Origin: Heterodontus francisci
Lineage: Eukaryota
DNA: 64,000 nucleotides
Direction: 5' to 3'
Assembly (NCBI RefSeq): GCF_036365525.1
Contig: NC_090387.1
Span: 76,941,300-77,005,299 of the forward strand
The notes under the pieces were generated by a model. That model ran no database searches, was not told the origin of the DNA, and saw only the letters and a program-made list of their open reading frames with translations. Made by a program: the position numbers and the translations under genes. Positions 61,501 to 64,000 of this stretch are shown in pieces (the first letter of the stretch is position 1; each line of letters opens with the position of its first letter).

Positions 61501-62957
61501 GGTAGAATTCTGTCTACAACGCGACTGCCCCCCACCCCCACCCCATCCCGCCCCCAGCCAGAGCTGTGTCCATTTATCATTTTCCATTTCTCCATGAATG
61601 GCATAATCCTGAATTTGTTTCAAAAGCTTCGCATGCAGACCCGTTGCAAATACCTTCTAATACCTGCATTTACTTCATTCAGTGAATGCCTTCTCTCCGT
61701 AAGTTGCTGTAAATTGGTGGCGCATGACAAATTGTTTCTAAATCTAATCTGGGGCGAGTTATGGTATTGGACCCTTTGCACCAACAAGTAACAATTCAAG
61801 AAAAGTCCAAAATAGTTATTATCACTGTAGATGTAAAATTAAGGAATGGTGGAAATTACTATGCAAGAGGAGACAATTTGGCACTTGGTCCTTGTGTTTG
61901 TGAGAACGATTCTCCCATAATGGGAGTCAACTCAGGCTACTCGCGTGGAAATCAGGAATATTAACGTCAATACGTCGTCCCGTTACAGTTTGCAGTGCCG
62001 CCGAGACAGCCTGATCGGCATGAAGCTAAATCTGTGATCAAGGAGCGGCGGGGGTGGGTGCCAAGGTTGTAATGTCTCAGGTTATGGGCACTTCTGCTTT
62101 TCCTACCCACCCAAAAACATTTTAGAAGTTACCTACTCAGGTAATATTCTATCACTACTGCTAATAAAACTAGCCAGAGAATGCAGGGCACCCCAGTTCT
62201 AACATAAAATGGATATAGGGATCATATGTTCATCTCAGAACCACAACCTGGACAAACGATAAGCATGCTATTTGAAAATAAATCTCCAGCCTCCAGCAGC
62301 AGGCTTTTTCCCAAGGTGGAAGACATGATGGTAGACGCTGACATGGCGCTCAGTCTGCCGAGTAGATTGTGGCGCTATTATAGCACCTTTAATGCGATTT
62401 TGGCAATTTAAAATCGAACCCTATGATTTAAACTAACTATTCAATGAACCCCTTTCATCTGTATAAGCCAATCACAATTGCTTCTATTCTATAATTGTTA
62501 AATACAGCAAGATTACTTCTTTATTTTAATCCTACATTGCAGGTCGCAGTTTCAGCTTTGTGATTGCTGACTTATTCTGTTTTTTTTTATAATTCTTGCA
62601 TTGACGGCCCTCTGTGGAAATGGAAGACGCCATAGTCGGCGCTAACAAAGTGCTAAGTCTGTCCAGCTCAATTTGAGGCTATTATGAGACGGTTAACGCC
62701 GATCTAACCAATTTCGTTTTAATTCCTTTGAAGTAGGTTTTAAACTAGCGATTTAATGGACCTCATTCCTCTGTATCAAACAATAATTGTTTCAATTTAA
62801 TAATATTTATGTACAACCGTTTTATATCTTGGTTTTAATTCACATTGCAGATCATGGTTTCAGCATCATGTTTGCTCGGCTAGTTCTGAGTTTTTTGATA
62901 AGTCTTGCACTGATGGGTATTATTGTGGACCATGTACAAATAACGTCAATAACGTAA
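58476..62957 (+). CDS. Gene D: activating-type VJ-C1 IgSF receptor; exons 58476-58530, 58745-59047, 60885-61181, 62851-62957 (253 aa if the TM exon reads to its stop)
   Basis: Phase-1 GT-AG exons, all open; TM contains Arg; tail about 8 aa. Confidence 0.85.
58745..59047 (+). CDS. Gene D VJ exon
   Basis: KVDQFP...VSMRC...VYWWK...DSGMYYCKVKHQESIGDGSGSQLTVY; donor G|gtaagt. Confidence 0.95.
60885..61181 (+). CDS. Gene D C1-set exon
   Basis: VPPTPLKIVP...LKLECKTAAFYPEHLGISWLRDG...YTCLASHISL; donor G|gtacga. Confidence 0.93.
61228..61335 (+). mobile_element. Penelope pseudo-LTR fragment
   Basis: GTTCTGATGAAAGGTC...TGAAATGTTAACTCTGCTTCTCTCTCCACAGATGCTG. Confidence 0.75.
62543..62605 (+). pseudogene. 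Partial, frameshifted duplicate of the gene D TM exon
   Basis: Acceptor tacattgcag retained; aligns to 62851-62915 with a 1-nt loss at the Arg codon; reads GRSFSFVIADLFCFFL* (stop 62590-62592). Confidence 0.7.
62851..62957 (+). CDS. Gene D transmembrane exon with intramembrane Arg
   Basis: DHGFSIMFARLVLSFLISLALMGIIVDHVQITSIT*; acceptor cacattgcag; a gtaaga donor overlaps the stop codon. Confidence 0.85.
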
Positions 62958-63213
62958 GAGAACGCTTTATTAATGCAGGAAATCACCTTCAAAGTATACA
63001 CGCAGATAGCATAAGTGGTCTGGAGACGGGAAATGTGCTTTTCCAGCAGTTTCTTAAGTGATCGATTGACGATTACAATGTTTTGCTACTAAATAGCTGA
63101 CAACATAGGAAACTGATACTTTCAACACGACAATTTTCATATTTCGATCTCAGGAAAGGTTACAGACCTGAAACCTTAACTCTATTTCTCTCTCCGTGCA
63201 TGCTGGCTGCTTT

Positions 63214-63340
63214 GCTGTGGCTCAGTTGACAGCACTCTCGCTTCTAACTCACCAAGTTATAGGTTCAAGCCTTGCGACGCTTGAATGGGTGAGCATACAT
63301 ATCACAGCTAACAACGGAGTGCTGTACTGTCGGAGGCACG
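63214..63340 (+). mobile_element. Old tRNA-headed SINE fragment (Deu-SINE/SacSINE-like)
   Basis: GCTGTGGCTCAGTTG A-box, GGTTCAAGCC B-box, GGAGTGCTGTACTGTCGGAGG core. Confidence 0.5.
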
Positions 63341-64000
63341 GATTCTTCCTGGGATACCCAGTCTTTTCAGCCCACCATATATCTTGCGTAGGTGTTAACT
63401 GTTAACGTGCCGGACCGAATCTGTCCTCATTAGACTGGCAATTTAAACAGCGACCCCGGATAACGATCAGGAGTAGAATATAATGATAATTGCCCTCTTT
63501 CTCTCCCTGGGTGCTCAGGCCAGTTTTACCTTTTTAACTACTGCCGTAACTGGGATGGACTAATACAACACAGAGAGACAATCGAACCGGCACCTTGCAA
63601 TTTGTATTGCTCGGTGGGATACCCATGGGTTGCTCTTTCCTCAGTGTGAAAATGTAATTACTTTAAGAGTCAAGAAATTATTGAATACCAAGAGTGAAGG
63701 TATCCGTACACCTAAGAACTAAGAACAGTATTTTTGTTTCAATGTCATTCTACATTGAGTGCAGTGAAAATCCATCAGCGCGACATTGGCTATGGTTTAG
63801 GTAATCGGCTGTCAATTTTTATATTATATCATTCTAATATAATAAAGTATAAAACATGTAATTACACATACACAATAACCATGAGTGAGTGTCGCCGAAT
63901 GTTAAAACACAAATGTAAGTTTTGCATCCCAATGGTTTATGACACTTGTAGATCATGGCATATTTATTTACAATTACGTTTGTCCTAGTCCTAGACATAC

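Noticed and set aside
8242-62957. Interpretation as a rearranging TCR or Ig locus
   Set aside because: No RSS or separate D/J segments seen; each V has its own C1 and TM; gene A has an ITIM tail; no interchain hinge cysteine.

Overview
Vertebrate genomic DNA, most likely a cartilaginous fish (inferred from HE1/V-SINE-like SINEs and shark-type CR1 and Penelope repeats). The main content is a cluster of intron-containing immunoglobulin-superfamily receptor genes that the ORF track only shows in fragments. Each intact gene has the layout leader / single-exon germline-joined VJ domain / one C1-set domain / transmembrane (TM) exon. Gene A (+, 8242-14741) has an uncharged TM and a SIRPalpha-like tyrosine-motif tail, so it looks inhibitory; two further tyrosine motifs lie out of frame behind an A7 run. 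Gene B (-, 30316-21494) and gene D (+, 58476-62957) have an Arg in the TM and very short tails, so they look activating. Gene C (+, 55272-55800) is a truncated pseudogene inside an inverted duplicate of gene B's 5' region. Together they look like a paired (inhibitory/activating), non-rearranging, antigen-receptor-like VJ-C1 family evolving by duplication, mosaic exchange and loss. The rest is transposon-derived: a young-looking CR1 LINE 5' end (intact ORF1, TAATG-coupled ORF2, 161-bp UTR monomers), many CR1/L2/RTE fragments, Penelope elements with hammerhead-like motifs and palindromic insertions, Harbinger remnants, a hAT-type MITE, a Gmr1-like LTR remnant and SINEs. Exon boundaries were read by eye from splice consensus and phase; repeat boundaries are approximate.
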